From: Vulcanimicrobiota bacterium
Lineage (GTDB): Bacteria > Vulcanimicrobiota > Vulcanimicrobiia > Vulcanimicrobiales > Vulcanimicrobiaceae
Direction of reading: 5' to 3'
DNA: 64,000 nt
Assembly: GCA_963777315.1 (NCBI GenBank)
Contig: CAVZQC010000004.1
Location: 64,001-128,000 of the forward strand
Below, piece by piece: positions 1 to 9,124 of this stretch; the stretch's first letter is position 1, and each line of letters begins with the position of its first letter. The notes below the pieces were generated by a model. The model saw nothing but the letters and a program-made list of their open reading frames with translations. It was not told where the DNA came from and did not search any database. The translations under genes and the position numbers were made by a program.

Positions 1-2
1 TC

Positions 3-902
3 CATTCGCTCGACGGCGCGCTCAAAGCGCTCGCGAGCTGGCAAGGCGCGTGCGTGGTAAAGGCCGATGGACTTGCTTCGGGCAAAGGCGTGATCGTCTC
101 GCCCGATGCTCGCGCGGCGCAAGAGGTGCTGCGCGGCTGGTACGGCCGGGACGGTGTTCCCGGCGGCGGAAGCGACGTGCTGCTCGAAGAGAAACTCGAG
201 GGACGCGAGCTCAGCGTGTTTGCGATCTGCGATGGGCGCGCGATGTATCCCATTGCGTCCGCATGCGACTACAAACGCGCCGGCGACGGCGATACCGGAC
301 CGAACACGGGCGGGATGGGGGCGTATTCACCGCCGGTCGGCTTTGCGGCCGATCTCGACGATCGCGTGCGCGAACGGATCGTTGCGCCGGTGCTGCGCGG
401 ACTGCTGGCCGAAGGCGAGCAGTACATCGGTGTGCTGTATTGCGGCTTGATGTCGACGGCGAACGGTCCCTACGTCATCGAATTCAACGTGCGGTTCGGC
501 GATCCGGAAACGCAAGCGCTGATGCCGCGCGTTACGGGCGATTTTGCCCAGTTGCTCAAATCCGCGGCTGACGGCGCAGTCGATCTCGGCGCGGCGGCAT
601 TCAGCTCGCGTGCCTGCGTGAGCGTCGTGCTCGCCGGCGACGATTATCCGCGTGCCGCCACGCCGATACGCGGGTTACCCGCGAGCGTGCAGCCGGGACC
701 GGACGCGAACGTTTTTTGGGGCGGCTCGAAGGTGGAACCCGACGGCACGATCGCATCGAGCGGCGGCCGCGTGCTCACCGTGTCGGGGCTGGGAGATACT
801 GTGGAAACGGCGCGCGCACGCGCATACGAAGCGGTCCGGGCGCTCGCGAGCGAATTCTCTACCCGCCGGCTGACGTACCGTACCGATATCGGCAGCTTAT
901 AA
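3..902 (+). CDS. purD: Phosphoribosylamine-glycine ligase, 5' truncated by window edge
   Basis: VVKADGLASGKGV, DYKR..DGDTGPNTGGMGAYSP, EFNVRFGDPETQ, SGGRVL motifs; frame open from position 3. Confidence 0.97.
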   Translation, partial: HSLDGALKALASWQGACVVKADGLASGKGVIVSPDARAAQEVLRGWYGRDGVPGGGSDVLLEEKLEGRELSVFAICDGRAMYPIASACDYKRAGDGDTGPNTGGMGAYSPPVGFAADLDDRVRERIVAPVLRGLLAEGEQYIGVLYCGLMSTANGPYVIEFNVRFGDPETQALMPRVTGDFAQLLKSAADGAVDLGAAAFSSRACVSVVLAGDDYPRAATPIRGLPASVQPGPDANVFWGGSKVEPDGTIASSGGRVLTVSGLGDTVETARARAYEAVRALASEFSTRRLTYRTDIGSL

Positions 903-1112
903 CGCGTCGCCGTACCGTTCGCGCACCATGCGCACGTATTCATCGGCGTAAAATTGTAATGCCTTGTCGGGCAGCGCGCCGAGTCCCTCGCTCGATACGA
1001 TCCGACGCACGCGCCGCAGCGCGTGTTCGTGCGTCACCGAGCCGTTCTCGTTTGCCGCCGTCTGCTTGAGCGCCGTCCAAATGCGTTCCGCAGGTTGATC
1101 GCCTGTCATCAC
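897..1112 (-). CDS. Small hypothetical helical protein (~70 aa)
   Basis: ORF fills the gap, converges on purD stop, protein-like composition. Confidence 0.55.
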   Translation of the reverse strand: MMTGDQPAERIWTALKQTAANENGSVTHEHALRRVRRIVSSEGLGALPDKALQFYADEYVRMVRERYGDAL

Positions 1113-1146
1113 GCCTGCAGCTTAACGCCGCGGGACCGGCGCGCAG

Positions 1147-1152
1147 TATACT
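1147..1152 (+). promoter_or_regulatory. Putative sigma70 -10 box (TATACT) for the BI-1/YccA gene
   Basis: TATACT in an AT-rich patch ~110 nt before ATG 1260. Confidence 0.5.
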
Positions 1153-1259
1153 TAAAAGGGAGTACGGGACGGGGGGCTCGGCGGCTCCATGGAGGGCCAT
1201 CGCGGCGGCGGCCCCTTGCGTCGAAACTTCACGGCACTGCGGCGGTTATAGAGAACCAA

Positions 1260-1928
1260 ATGGCTATGCGCTTCCAAGCACCGCCCGGCGCCTACGGCTA
1301 TGCGCCCGCGGTTTCCGTCCAAACGCTGCTCGGGCAAGTGCTCGGCATTACTGCCGTCGGCTTGCTCATTACCGCCGTTGCAGCATATCTGTTCCAGGGA
1401 ATCAGCTACGGCGCCGGCCTATTGGCCATGATCGTGGGTTTTTTGGTGCTCATCGCGATCAATGCGGCGCGCGCCAACGAAGCGCTTTCGCTCGCGCTGT
1501 TTTACGCATTTGCCGCCCTCGAGGGCGTGGGAATCGCGCCGACCATCCATTACTACATGGCCAACGTCGGCAGCGGCGTGGTGGTCGACGCAGCGGCGAC
1601 CACGGGTCTTGGCATGCTGGCCCTGGGCTGCGTCGTCTACATGACGGGCTTGGACCTGCGGCGTTTTCAGGGCTACTTTTTCTTGGCGCTCATCGGTCTG
1701 GTACTGGCCGGAATCGTCTCCGCCTTCACGCACTGGATCCATCCCACGACGTACTCGTGGCTGACGCTGATCGTCTTTAGCGGTTTGGTTCTCATCGACT
1801 TCGCCCGCATCCGCGCGGGTGGATCCGGATTCACTCCCGTTCAGCTCGCCGTTCAAATCTATTTGGACGCGATCAACATCTTCTTGGCGCTGCTGCAACT
1901 ATTCGGCTCGCGACGCAGCGAGGACTGA
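1260..1928 (+). CDS. Bax inhibitor-1/YccA family membrane protein
   Basis: ~7 hydrophobic segments, C-terminal AVQIYLDAINIFLALLQLFG motif; ATG 1260 chosen over the upstream ORF start. Confidence 0.92.
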   Translation: MAMRFQAPPGAYGYAPAVSVQTLLGQVLGITAVGLLITAVAAYLFQGISYGAGLLAMIVGFLVLIAINAARANEALSLALFYAFAALEGVGIAPTIHYYMANVGSGVVVDAAATTGLGMLALGCVVYMTGLDLRRFQGYFFLALIGLVLAGIVSAFTHWIHPTTYSWLTLIVFSGLVLIDFARIRAGGSGFTPVQLAVQIYLDAINIFLALLQLFGSRRSED

Positions 1929-1975
1929 ATGTCGCTGCCGGAACGCTCCGGGCAGTGTTAGAATAGGGCATCCTC

Positions 1976-3337
1976 ATGTGCGGCGTTACGGGAATCTACG
2001 CACCGAACCATGACGCCGCGCGTCTGGCGTTCTTTGCGCTGTATGCCCTGCAGCATCGCGGTCAAGAGTCTGCCGGCATCGCGGCTGCCGACGGAGGCAC
2101 GATTCACTGGCATAAGGACATGGGGCTCATCGGCGCCATTTTCGACGAAGAGATCTTGAGCCGGCTGAGCGGATATATTGCCGTGGGGCATACGCGCTAC
2201 TCGACCACCGGTTCGTCGATCGTCGTCAACGCTCAGCCGCTGCTCGAACGTACCGAGCTCGGCGATTTCGCGTTCGCGCACAACGGCAACATCACCAACA
2301 CCGACGAGCTGCGGGAAACGCTTTCGCCGGCCGTCACGCTGCAAGCGACGTCGGACTCCGAAGTCATGGCCAAAGTCCTGGTAGAGTCCGAAGGGACGAT
2401 GCTCGAACGCATTGCATCCGTGCTGCGCAAAGCGCGCGGCGCATACTCGGTCGTGCTCTGCACCAAAGACGAGCTGTACGCATTCCGCGACCCGTGGGGC
2501 GTGCGCCCCTTGTGTATCGGCAGGTACGGGGCCGGCTGGGCCGTCGCGTCCGAATCGTGCGCGTTGTCGACGATTGGAGCGACCTACGAACGCGAGATCG
2601 AGCCTGGCGAGATCGTGCGCGTTCACGCGGGCGGCATCGAATCGATCAGAGTCAGGGTCGAAGAGCCGCCGGCGCTGTGCATGTTCGAGTACATCTATTT
2701 CGCTCGGCCCGACTCCAAACTCAAAGACCAATCGATCTACATGGCTCGCTATCGCATGGGACAGCGGCTTGCGCGCGAGTATCCCGTGGACGCCGACGTC
2801 GTCATCGCCGTTCCCGATTCGGCCGTACCGGGCGGCATCGGCTATGCCGCGCAAGCCGGCCTGCCGTACATCGAAGGTTTGATCAAGAACCGGTACATCG
2901 GCCGGACCTTCATCAGCCCCGACCAGCGCATGCGCAATCGCGGCGTGCAGCTCAAATTCAATCCGATCGTCGAGAATTTGAGCGGTCAGCGCATCGTGGT
3001 CGTGGACGATTCGATCGTTCGGGGCACGACGACGCCGCGGATCGTCGCGCTGCTGCGCGAGGCGGGCGCCAAGGAGGTCCACGTCCGCGTTACGTCGCCG
3101 CCGATCAAGCATCCGTGCTATTTAGGCGTCGACATGGCGTCCTACGACGAACTGATCGCCGCAAATTACACGGTCGAAGAAATTCGCGGAAAAATCGGCG
3201 CCGACTCGCTGGGATATTTGAGCCTGGAAGGTTTGATCGAATCGACCGGCCGCGACGCGGGCGAGATGTGCTTGGGCTGCCTGACCGGCGCGTATCCCAA
3301 CGTTCCGGCGGCGCACAAATCGCGTGCGTTAGTTTAG
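1976..3337 (+). CDS. purF: Amidophosphoribosyltransferase
   Basis: N-terminal MCG, LQHRGQESAG, GHTRYST, VVVDDSIVRGTT, C-terminal CLGC Fe-S ligands; TGnTAGAAT extended -10 just upstream. Confidence 0.98.
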   Translation: MCGVTGIYAPNHDAARLAFFALYALQHRGQESAGIAAADGGTIHWHKDMGLIGAIFDEEILSRLSGYIAVGHTRYSTTGSSIVVNAQPLLERTELGDFAFAHNGNITNTDELRETLSPAVTLQATSDSEVMAKVLVESEGTMLERIASVLRKARGAYSVVLCTKDELYAFRDPWGVRPLCIGRYGAGWAVASESCALSTIGATYEREIEPGEIVRVHAGGIESIRVRVEEPPALCMFEYIYFARPDSKLKDQSIYMARYRMGQRLAREYPVDADVVIAVPDSAVPGGIGYAAQAGLPYIEGLIKNRYIGRTFISPDQRMRNRGVQLKFNPIVENLSGQRIVVVDDSIVRGTTTPRIVALLREAGAKEVHVRVTSPPIKHPCYLGVDMASYDELIAANYTVEEIRGKIGADSLGYLSLEGLIESTGRDAGEMCLGCLTGAYPNVPAAHKSRALV

Positions 3338-3362
3338 CCGAGATCGCGGGCAACAGCTCGCC

Positions 3363-5030
3363 GTGGTCGATGCAGTAAAAATCCGAATCGGCGCAACGGG
3401 CGAGCGAAGGCGCTGGTGGGCGCTGGGCAACGCCTGTATCTCGGTCCTCATGGCGTTGCTCGACGTGACCATCGTCAACGTCGCGCTTCCCACTCTGCAG
3501 CGAGATTTGAACGCGCGGTTCGATCAGCTCGAGTGGATCGTGAACGCATACGCGCTTGCGCTTGCCGTCGTACTCGTGACCGGAGGCCGCCTGAGCGATA
3601 TGTTCGGACGGCGCCTGTTTCTCATCATCGGCCTTTGCATTTTTACGCTCGGTTCGGTGCTGGCCGGACTGTCCGGGGTGTTTTCCTTCGGCTTCATTCC
3701 GAAAATCGATGCGTTGCTGGGAGCGCGCGTCATTCAAGGAGCGGGATCCGCCATCATGCTGCCGGTATCGCTTGCCATCGTATCGCAGGCATTCGAAGGC
3801 CGCAGCAAAGGAGTCGCGATCGGATTGTGGGGCGCCATGAGCGGCCTTGGACTCGCAGCCGGGCCGCTGGTAGGCGGATTACTGATTTCGCGCTTCGGAT
3901 GGCCTTCGATTTTCTTTTTGAATGTGCCGATCGGCATCGCATCGATTCTGCTCAGCTTGCTGACGATCGACGAAAGCCGCGACGAGCATGCGGGCAGCGC
4001 CGTCGACTGGTGGGGAACGCTCGCGCTCTCAACGGCAATCTTTATGCTGGTATGGGGCCTGATCCGGCTCGACGCCATACAAGGCCGCTCGATTGCCGAT
4101 ATCGCATGGCCGTTTGCCGTTGCGGCCGCGTCGTTTGCCGTTCTGGTGTGGGTCGAACTGCGCATCGAACAGCCCATGATCGATTTCAATCTTTTTCGCA
4201 ACCGAAGCTTCACGGGCGACGCACTGGCCGTTTTCTCGCTTTCGGCGGCGCTGGTCGCATTTATATTCTTCCTGACGCTGTATCTGCAGAACGCGCTCGG
4301 CTTCGATCCGCTGCAGACCGGCATTCGCCTGTTGCCCATGACCGTGCTCGTGGGAATCTGCGCCCCGATCGCAGGCCGGTTCACCGACGCCGTCGGTCCG
4401 CGCTGGATCATCACGTGCGGACTTGCGCTGGCGGCGGTGGGCGCCTATCTGGCAACGCGCATTACTCCGGCGGACACCCAAGCGCAGTGGAGCGTGCTCG
4501 TTCCCACGTTCGTGTTGCTCGGCATTGGCTTGGGCGCCGCGAACGCGCCGATCAATACGGTGGCGGTCGGAACGGTAGACGAAGGCAGAGCAGGCCTTGC
4601 GTCGGGGGTGATCAACGTCTGCCGGCAAATCGGAACCGCTTTCGGTATCGCGTTTCTCGGACTTTTTCTGACCAATCATTACGACGCGGCCGTCGCACGG
4701 ACCATTGCGCACGTTCGCGCGCCGCAGCTGGACGCGCAGCGCAGGACGCATTTGACCGGCGCTATCGTCAAAGCGGGGCCGCAAGCAGGGAGTGCGGGTC
4801 TCGCGCAAGCGCCGCGCCGCCTCAAGCAGCTGCCGCTGTTTCCGCAAATATCGAAGGCGACGCGCGCAGCCTGGATCGAGAGCTTTGCCCTCACGATGAA
4901 GATTTCAGCCGCCCTGGTCTTGGCCGGCGCATGCGCTGCGGCGCTGCTGATCAGGCGCGAAGACTTGCGCTCGACTGCGAACGGCGATCAGGATTCCGGG
5001 AAGCGCCGCAAACGTACGTCATCGGCGTAG
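3363..5030 (+). CDS. DHA2/EmrB-QacA family MFS efflux transporter
   Basis: LDVTIVNVALP, GRLSDMFGRR, WPSIFFLNVPIG motifs, ~14 TM. Confidence 0.93.
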   Translation: MVDAVKIRIGATGERRRWWALGNACISVLMALLDVTIVNVALPTLQRDLNARFDQLEWIVNAYALALAVVLVTGGRLSDMFGRRLFLIIGLCIFTLGSVLAGLSGVFSFGFIPKIDALLGARVIQGAGSAIMLPVSLAIVSQAFEGRSKGVAIGLWGAMSGLGLAAGPLVGGLLISRFGWPSIFFLNVPIGIASILLSLLTIDESRDEHAGSAVDWWGTLALSTAIFMLVWGLIRLDAIQGRSIADIAWPFAVAAASFAVLVWVELRIEQPMIDFNLFRNRSFTGDALAVFSLSAALVAFIFFLTLYLQNALGFDPLQTGIRLLPMTVLVGICAPIAGRFTDAVGPRWIITCGLALAAVGAYLATRITPADTQAQWSVLVPTFVLLGIGLGAANAPINTVAVGTVDEGRAGLASGVINVCRQIGTAFGIAFLGLFLTNHYDAAVARTIAHVRAPQLDAQRRTHLTGAIVKAGPQAGSAGLAQAPRRLKQLPLFPQISKATRAAWIESFALTMKISAALVLAGACAAALLIRREDLRSTANGDQDSGKRRKRTSSA

Positions 5031-5764
5031 GCGCGCAGCGCATCGGTGACCGCGTCGCCGATTTGGGCGTAGCGCTTGACGAATGCAGGCGCGTTCGGGT
5101 ACATGCCCAGGAGGTCGTACAGCACCAGGACTTGCGAGTCGCAATTCGGCCCAGCGCCGATTCCGATGGTTGGAATTCCGACTGTTTGGGTGATCTCGCG
5201 TGCGGCCTCATGGTCGACCACTTCAAGAACGACGGCATACGCGCCGGCGCTTTCAACCGCTTGCGCATCCGCGAGCAGCGTTTCGCGATCGCTGCGCATT
5301 TTGTAGCCCGGGCCCAAGCCCGCGGTCTGCGGCGTGACGCCGATGTGCCCCACGACAGGGATGCCGGCGCCGGTGATTGCGCGAATGCGTTCCGCGGCGC
5401 GCTCGCCTCCCTCGATCTTCACCGAGCATGCTCCGCCTTCTTTGACCAGCCGAATCGCGCTCCGAACGGCGTCTTCGTTGCAGGCTTGGTACGAACCAAA
5501 CGGCATGTCGACGACGATGTGCGCGTGCTGCGTTCCGCGGCACACGGCGCGCGCATGATGAATCATATCGTCGAGCGTGACGGGCATGGTTTCGTCGTAA
5601 CCGAGCACGACGTTTCCTACGCTGTCGCCCACGAGGATGACGTCGATGCCGGCCGCTTCAACGAACCCGGCGAACGGGGCATCGTAGGCGGTGACGACCG
5701 CGAACGGCTCGCGCCCCTTTCGGCGCCCAACGCTTGCCGCGGTGATGCGGCGCGAAAGAGTCAT
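4988..5764 (-). CDS. panB: 3-methyl-2-oxobutanoate hydroxymethyltransferase
   Basis: TAYDA, ILVGDS, VVDMPFGSY, VKIEGG, GHIGVTPQ, TIGIGAG motifs. Confidence 0.97.
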   Translation of the reverse strand: MTLSRRITAASVGRRKGREPFAVVTAYDAPFAGFVEAAGIDVILVGDSVGNVVLGYDETMPVTLDDMIHHARAVCRGTQHAHIVVDMPFGSYQACNEDAVRSAIRLVKEGGACSVKIEGGERAAERIRAITGAGIPVVGHIGVTPQTAGLGPGYKMRSDRETLLADAQAVESAGAYAVVLEVVDHEAAREITQTVGIPTIGIGAGPNCDSQVLVLYDLLGMYPNAPAFVKRYAQIGDAVTDALRAYADDVRLRRFPES

Positions 5765-5845
5765 GGCGTGGTGTCCATAATGGCCTTTGCGAGTTGGCTA
5801 CGCACGGCTTTCCTCCTCGGGTTCATCCCGTGACGGTCGCGCGCC

Positions 5846-6532
5846 TTATGCCGCATCGTGAAAGATGATGCCGAGCGTGCGCCGATGCCCCCAATGCACC
5901 GTGCTCACGCCGTGCCGCAGCGTCACGCGATAGCTGCCCCGCGTTCCCTGCACGGGGCGCTGATGCGCTGCGAATACGACGGCCTCGCCGCGTCGGAGCG
6001 GTACCACGTGAGCGCGCGACTGCATGCGCGGCCGCTGCTCGGTCATCACGAATTCGCCGCCGGAAAAATCTTCGCCGGGTTGCGAGAGCATGATCGTGAG
6101 CTGCAGCGGAAAAACGTGCTTGCCGTACAGATCCTGGTGCAGAGCGTTGAAGTCACCCTGACCGTACGAAAGCAGCAGCGGCGTCGGACGCGTTTGGCCG
6201 GCGTTATGGCAGCGTTCTAAAAACTCCGCGAGCGTTTGCGGGTACCGGACCGATACCCCCATCGCTTCGTTCCAGCGATTGGCGATGGGAACCAAATGCG
6301 GGTAAATCGACGTTCGCAGCCGGTCGACCTCGCGGGGCAGCGGATATGCAAAGTACCGGTACTCGCCCGACCCGAAACCGTGGCGCGCCATCACCACGCG
6401 GCTGCGAAAGACAGCATCGTTTTCGTATAGCGAAGCCAGAGCTGTGCAGTGCTGCGGGCTGAGCACGTGGTCGATCGTCGCCCAGCCCGCGGCGTCCAGC
6501 TCGATCGACACGCGCGGCCAGTCATGCGTCAT
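5846..6532 (-). CDS. 2OG-Fe(II) oxygenase family protein (DUF2086-like)
   Basis: HQDLYG (HxD), LRHGVS, R..LGIIFHDA; start ATG 6532 overlaps upstream stop (ATGA). Confidence 0.88.
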   Translation of the reverse strand: MTHDWPRVSIELDAAGWATIDHVLSPQHCTALASLYENDAVFRSRVVMARHGFGSGEYRYFAYPLPREVDRLRTSIYPHLVPIANRWNEAMGVSVRYPQTLAEFLERCHNAGQTRPTPLLLSYGQGDFNALHQDLYGKHVFPLQLTIMLSQPGEDFSGGEFVMTEQRPRMQSRAHVVPLRRGEAVVFAAHQRPVQGTRGSYRVTLRHGVSTVHWGHRRTLGIIFHDAA

Positions 6533-6999
6533 CGCTGTCCGGTAGCCGGCCGCGGCTGGTACGTTCCCGGCACCGATCGAAAACTGATCGCCATTCGGTT
6601 CCAGCCGTTGATCGCTATCACGGCCAGCGTGAGCATAACGAGCTCCGCTTGCGAAAACCGCTCGAGCGCCTGCGAGTAAAGATCGTCTGAAACGCCGGTA
6701 TCGGCGATGCAGGTCACTGCCTCGGCCCATGCCAGCGCAACCCGTTCACGGTCGCTGAAAAAAGGCGCTTCGCGCCATGCCGACAGCGCGTAAAGCCGCT
6801 GCTCGCTCTCTCCTGATGCGCGCGCGTCCTTGCTGTGCATGTCGATGCAGTACGCACAGCCGTTGATCTGGCTCACGCGCATGCGGACCAGTTCCAAAAG
6901 CGGCGCTTCAAGGCCGCTGCGGCGCACCGTCCGCTCCAGTTCCCGCATTGCTTGGGTCGCTTCGGGCTGGGCGGCAGCATAGTCCAATCGTTGTTGCAT
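6529..6999 (-). CDS. Carboxymuconolactone decarboxylase / AhpD-like protein
   Basis: ELVRMRVSQINGCAYCIDMH, INGWNR; GAGGTG RBS before ATG 6999. Confidence 0.93.
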   Translation of the reverse strand: MQQRLDYAAAQPEATQAMRELERTVRRSGLEAPLLELVRMRVSQINGCAYCIDMHSKDARASGESEQRLYALSAWREAPFFSDRERVALAWAEAVTCIADTGVSDDLYSQALERFSQAELVMLTLAVIAINGWNRMAISFRSVPGTYQPRPATGQR

Positions 7000-7071
7000 C
7001 TGATTCACCTCGTGCCGGCACGTCGAGTTCTCACTGCGTTCCCAAGAAGGTTGCGGTTCCAACGCTACGCT

Positions 7072-7092
7072 GGTGCAGGGTGCAGGGTGCAG
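7072..7092 (+). repeat. Tandem heptamer (GGTGCAG)x3
   Basis: ggtgcag-ggtgcag-ggtgcag directly visible, ending 26 nt before ATG 7119. Confidence 0.9.
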
Positions 7093-7118
7093 GTATCGTG
7101 TCGTTGTAGGAGTTTGCG

Positions 7119-7628
7119 ATGTCCGGACTGTTGATATTGGAGCTGTTCCTGATCATCGCAGCCGCAGCGATCGCCGTGATGATCTTCGTTGCGCTGTATG
7201 GAGCGAACCGGCCCGCGCCTCAAGGCGTCGTTTCGGCCAAGGGATACGCTATCCGGCGATATTGGTTCTGGACGGTGCTGGTCGTGGCGGTGGCCGGGTT
7301 CATCGTTACGATTCCGCGCTTTCCGTACGGAACCGCTCGCACGATAGGGCGCCACTATGCCGTAATCGCGCAGCAATACAGCTTCGCGCTTCCGCCTAGC
7401 GTGCCCGCCGATACACCGGTCGTTTTTGACGTCACTTCGCGCGATGTCAATCACGGTTTTGCGATCTACGATCCGCAAGGGCGGTTGGTCGGACAAGTCC
7501 AGGCAATGCCCAGCTACGTCAATCATCTGCCGTTTCGGTTTCACGCGCGCGGCCGCTACACCGTGCGGTGCCTTGAGTATTGCGGTATCGCCCATGCCGC
7601 AATGGAAGGAGGTTTCCAAGTCCGATGA
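7119..7628 (+). CDS. Heme-copper oxidoreductase subunit II with CuA site (NorS-like)
   Basis: Two N-terminal TM helices, DVNHGF and CLEYCGIAHAAM CuA ligands; AGGAG RBS. Confidence 0.9.
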   Translation: MSGLLILELFLIIAAAAIAVMIFVALYGANRPAPQGVVSAKGYAIRRYWFWTVLVVAVAGFIVTIPRFPYGTARTIGRHYAVIAQQYSFALPPSVPADTPVVFDVTSRDVNHGFAIYDPQGRLVGQVQAMPSYVNHLPFRFHARGRYTVRCLEYCGIAHAAMEGGFQVR

Positions 7629-9124
7629 GCGCCATCGCGATCGACGTCGGCTCCCCCGCTGCGTCGACGGGCGCCCAATTGCGTGTCGCGCGAACGGTCA
7701 TGTGGACGTACATCGGCACGGGTTTGGCGATCTTTTTGCTGATGATGCTGCTCGGAATCGTCATGCGGGCCGAACAAGCGGGATGGATCGCGCTGGACCC
7801 GGGCTGGTTCTACGCGCTGCTGAGCCTGCACGGCATTGGTATGGTCACCGCCATGGCGATCGCCGGCTTAGGGACGTTGTGGTACCTCGTGCGCCGTGAA
7901 ACGGCCATCGATCCGCACATCGCGTATCTTGCGTACGGCTTTTTCTTAGCGGGCGTCGTGTGCGTGATCGTCAGCGTGTTCCCAGGCAAATTCGGATCGC
8001 TGTGGACGATGCTGTACCCGCTGCCCTTCGTGGGAACGTTCTGGCCGAGTTGGGCAACCGGCACCTGGCTGGTCGGCAACGCGCTGGTGATGATCGGTTT
8101 CATGGTGTGGTGCGCGCAGATCCTGGGCGCGCTGCTCGCGCGCTACGGCGGCATACAAGGCGTGCTGGGAATCGACTACGTCTTTGCCGGCCGCAAGTTT
8201 GCGGCACAGCGCCGGGAACCGCCGCCGCCGCAAATGTTCGCGGCTGCGATTACGGCCATCGACGGAATCATCGGCAGCACCTTCGGCTTAGCCGTCGGCG
8301 TGGGCATGCTGGTTCACTGGATCGATCCGTCGGTTGCGATCGATCCCTTATGGGCCAAGAATCTGATCTACCAGTTCGGGCATACGTTTGCCAATCTGAC
8401 GATGTACATGGCGGTCGCCGGCGTATACGTGGGCCTGCCGCTGTGCACGAAGCGCGAATATCACACGTCCGTGCCGCTGGTGATTGCGTGGTGGGGCACG
8501 CTGATCTTCGTAATCATCGCGTACTTTCACCACCTGTACATGGATTTCGCGCAAGCCGTAACCGTGCAGTTCATCGGCGAAATCGCCTCATACTTGGCGG
8601 CCATTCCGGTGGTTGTCGTAACGGTGTTTTCGGGCGCAATGCTCGTTCATCGCTCGGGCATGCGCTGGAGCTTGGGCTCGATGTTCCTCTATGCGGGGAT
8701 GATCGGATGGGTCGTCGGAGGCACGGCCGCCGTGCTCGACGCAACCATTCCCGTCAATCTGGATTTGCACAACACGCTGTGGGTGCCCGGACACTTCCAC
8801 ACGTACCTGCTGCAAGGCGTCCTGCTGTTTACGATCGGCTGGGCCTTTGTGAACTTGGAGCAGCGCAGCGGCGAGCTGTCGTCGCCGGCAACACGTTGGC
8901 TGGTGGGCAGCGCCATTTTCGGCGGCGCCGCGCTATTTTTAATCTCGTTCTATATCGCCGGCGCCGAAGGCGTTCCGCGCCGGTATGCCGTCGAACCGGG
9001 CAGCGGTCCGGCATTTGCCGGCATCGCGACGATCGGTGCGCTGATTTTGCTCGTCGGCTTGATTTTGGCCGCCGTCGAAGCGGCGCGCTTGCGGCGGCTT
9101 CCCGCGATCTCCGAGGCGGCATGA
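7625..9124 (+). CDS. Heme-copper oxidoreductase subunit I, probable sNOR-type nitric oxide reductase (NorY-like)
   Basis: Six His ligands (LHG, FGH, FHH, GHFH), GVPRRY; helix VI reads KNLIYQFGHTFANLTMY with Asn at the His+4 Tyr position. Confidence 0.82.
   Translation: MSAIAIDVGSPAASTGAQLRVARTVMWTYIGTGLAIFLLMMLLGIVMRAEQAGWIALDPGWFYALLSLHGIGMVTAMAIAGLGTLWYLVRRETAIDPHIAYLAYGFFLAGVVCVIVSVFPGKFGSLWTMLYPLPFVGTFWPSWATGTWLVGNALVMIGFMVWCAQILGALLARYGGIQGVLGIDYVFAGRKFAAQRREPPPPQMFAAAITAIDGIIGSTFGLAVGVGMLVHWIDPSVAIDPLWAKNLIYQFGHTFANLTMYMAVAGVYVGLPLCTKREYHTSVPLVIAWWGTLIFVIIAYFHHLYMDFAQAVTVQFIGEIASYLAAIPVVVVTVFSGAMLVHRSGMRWSLGSMFLYAGMIGWVVGGTAAVLDATIPVNLDLHNTLWVPGHFHTYLLQGVLLFTIGWAFVNLEQRSGELSSPATRWLVGSAIFGGAALFLISFYIAGAEGVPRRYAVEPGSGPAFAGIATIGALILLVGLILAAVEAARLRRLPAISEAA

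Noticed and set aside
1155..1257. yybP-ykoY (Mn2+) riboswitch, suggested by AAGGGAGTA...CGTC...GAGA
   Set aside because: The four-way junction and closing GAGACC pairing could not be built; kept only as a generic structured leader
4988..5030. 43-bp convergent overlap of the MFS gene and panB
   Set aside because: Short tail-to-tail overlaps are common in compact GC-rich genomes
3416..5833. Long alternative-frame and antisense ORFs (e.g. 805 aa here, 14092-16368, 46773-48137)
   Set aside because: Arg/Ala-rich shadow ORFs typical of high-GC DNA, overlapping well-supported genes
7625..9124. Ordinary ba3 or cbb3 oxygen reductase
   Set aside because: His+4 Tyr is replaced by Asn, and the CuA subunit II argues against cbb3
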